A stretch of 63,873 bases of DNA, the filler included, from Octopus bimaculoides (lineage: Eukaryota), in the NCBI RefSeq assembly GCF_001194135.2. It is 11 parts of 10 records of this genome, joined end to end, with 100 filler letters (N's around TTAATTAATTAA, not from the genome) between each part and the next. Parts side by side here need not be neighbours in the genome. Positions count along the whole stretch, not along the records: positions 62,367 to 63,873 come from NC_068988.1; 10 more parts are not named here. The stretch is one strand, 5' to 3'. The notes under the pieces are model-generated. The model saw nothing but the letters and a program-made list of their open reading frames with translations. It did no database searches and had not been told where the DNA came from. The position numbers and the translations under genes are program-made. This document shows positions 62,267 through 63,873 of the stretch, piece by piece (positions within the stretch are counted from its first letter, which is position 1; each line of letters opens with the position of its first letter).

Positions 62267-62644
62267 NNNNNNNNNNNNNNNNNNNNNNNNNNNNNNNNNN
62301 NNNNNNNNNNTTAATTAATTAANNNNNNNNNNNNNNNNNNNNNNNNNNNNNNNNNNNNNNNNNNNNATATATATATATATATAGGCGGTGCCCCAGTATG
62401 GCCATGATCCAATAACTGAAACAAATGATAAATGAAAGATGAAACATATGTATGTTTGTGGTGTTTATATGTGCGTATGTGTGGTTTGAATTGAAGCTGG
62501 TTAATTTAAAGTAGATTATTTAGCAGTTTTTTAGTCTCTGGGGCACAGACACATGTGGAATAGTAATGGCGGCTCTATACGAAATATTCGGTTTTAAAAT
62601 GACACCGTTTCATGAGTGACCATATGTGTAGGTGTATGGAAGAA

Positions 62645-63225
62645 TGAGAGGGTGAGAGAGAGAGAGAGAGCGGAAGAGAGAGAGAGAGAGGGGAAGAGAC
62701 AGAGAGAGAGGAAGAGACTGAGAGAGAGGAAGAGACTGAGAGAGGAAGAGACAGAGAGAGGAAGAGACAGAGAGAGAGGAAGCGACAGAGAGAGAGGAAG
62801 AGACAGAGAGAGAGGAAGAGACAGAGAGAGAGGAAGAGACAGAGAGAGGAAGAGACAGAGAGAGGNNNNNNNNNNNNCGACAGAGAGAGAGGAAGAGACA
62901 GAGAGAGAGGAAGAGACAGAGAGAGAGGAAGAGACAGAGAGAGGAAGAGACAGAGAGAGGAAGAGACACAGAGAGAGGAAGAGACAGAGAGAGAGGAAGA
63001 GACAGAGAGAGGAAGAGACAGAGAGAGAGGAAGAGACAGAGAGAGAGGAAGAGACAGAGAGAGAGGAAGAGACTGAGAGAGAGGAAGAGACTGAGAGAGG
63101 AAGAGACAGAGAGAGAGGAAGAGACAGAGAGAGAGGAAGAGACTGAGAGAGGAAGAGACAGAGAGAGAGGAAGAGACAGAGAGAGAGGAAGAGACAGAGA
63201 GAGAGGAAGAGACAGACAGAGAGGA
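62645..63225. repeat. GA-rich minisatellite (GAGACAGAGAGAG(AG)GAA)n, 16/18-bp units
   Basis: Direct inspection; source of ORFs 62575-63275. Confidence 0.93.
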
Positions 63226-63706
63226 GGGGTGAGGTGGGGAGAACCTATACACACATATGCCACCCTCATATACACATATACATCTTCTCAGACATATATC
63301 TATGTCTACGCCTGTATATATGGGTGGGCTGCAGTTTAGGGGGGTGAATGCCTCTATGCATGTATGTGAGTGTATGGATGTGTGTCTCTGTGTGTGTGAG
63401 TGTGTGTATGTGTGTGGATAGGTGTGTGAGTGCTAGCATGCGCTTGTATGTATGGTTGTATATACTTATGAATAGAAATAGCAATATGCATACGTAACTA
63501 TACATACGCGTATGTGTGTGTGTGCGCGTGTGTGTGAATATGCTTAGGAGTGTGCAAATGTCTTCTTGAACATATGTGTGTGTGTGCGTGTGTGTGTGCG
63601 TGCGTGTTTGTATGTATGTGTTCTTATAAATACATTTATGCATATATGAATATATATCTATATATAAAGATTTATAAATGCAAATATATATTTACGTGTA
63701 TTTGTA

Positions 63707-63737
<31 letters not shown>

Positions 63738-63831
63738 TTGAAGCTATCCATATGTATGTTATAGAATACTTATTGTTTATTCATCTTTTGGTAATTAATA
63801 CTTTTACGAAAAAATTAACTCTCTCTCTCTC

Positions 63832-63873
<42 letters not shown>

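Noticed and set aside
9343-62322. Ten copies of the palindrome TTAATTAATTAA as a biological repeat
   Set aside because: Each sits inside a 100-nt N gap and encodes stops in all six frames: a synthetic scaffolding spacer.

Overview
Repeat-saturated, AT-rich eukaryotic DNA from a gapped draft assembly. The SINE/LINE complement looks like octopus (coleoid cephalopod) DNA, but that is recognition of repeat motifs and was not confirmed by a search. I find no supportable host protein-coding gene, rRNA, intact tRNA or CRISPR array; almost all long ORFs in the track are translations of microsatellites or N-gaps. The window holds many copies of at least three tRNA-derived SINE families (my labels A, B, C) and two unclassified repeats (D, E). 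It also holds defective LINE relics (R4/Dong-like RT and restriction-like endonuclease, CRE-like, RTE clade, CR1-like, L1/Tx1-like), a mariner 3' end, a Tigger-like MITE, a probable hAT relic, foldback elements and many microsatellites. The most interesting signals are RNA-structural or regulatory: (1) Penelope-type minimal hammerhead ribozyme motifs, namely an inverted pair at 48.2-48.7 kb with complementary lesions and a near-intact core at 4.54-4.59 kb; (2) a 57-nt pre-miRNA-like hairpin at 16.45 kb that appears to have arisen de novo in only one copy of a local duplication; (3) an E-box / PAR-bZIP box / E-box cluster at 53.05 kb; (4) a 279-bp foldback and an interleaved inverted-repeat element with TTAGGG-like repeats; (5) SINE A copies inserted into SINE A heads. 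Ten TTAATTAATTAA inserts inside 100-nt gaps and several gap-flanking duplications are assembly artefacts.
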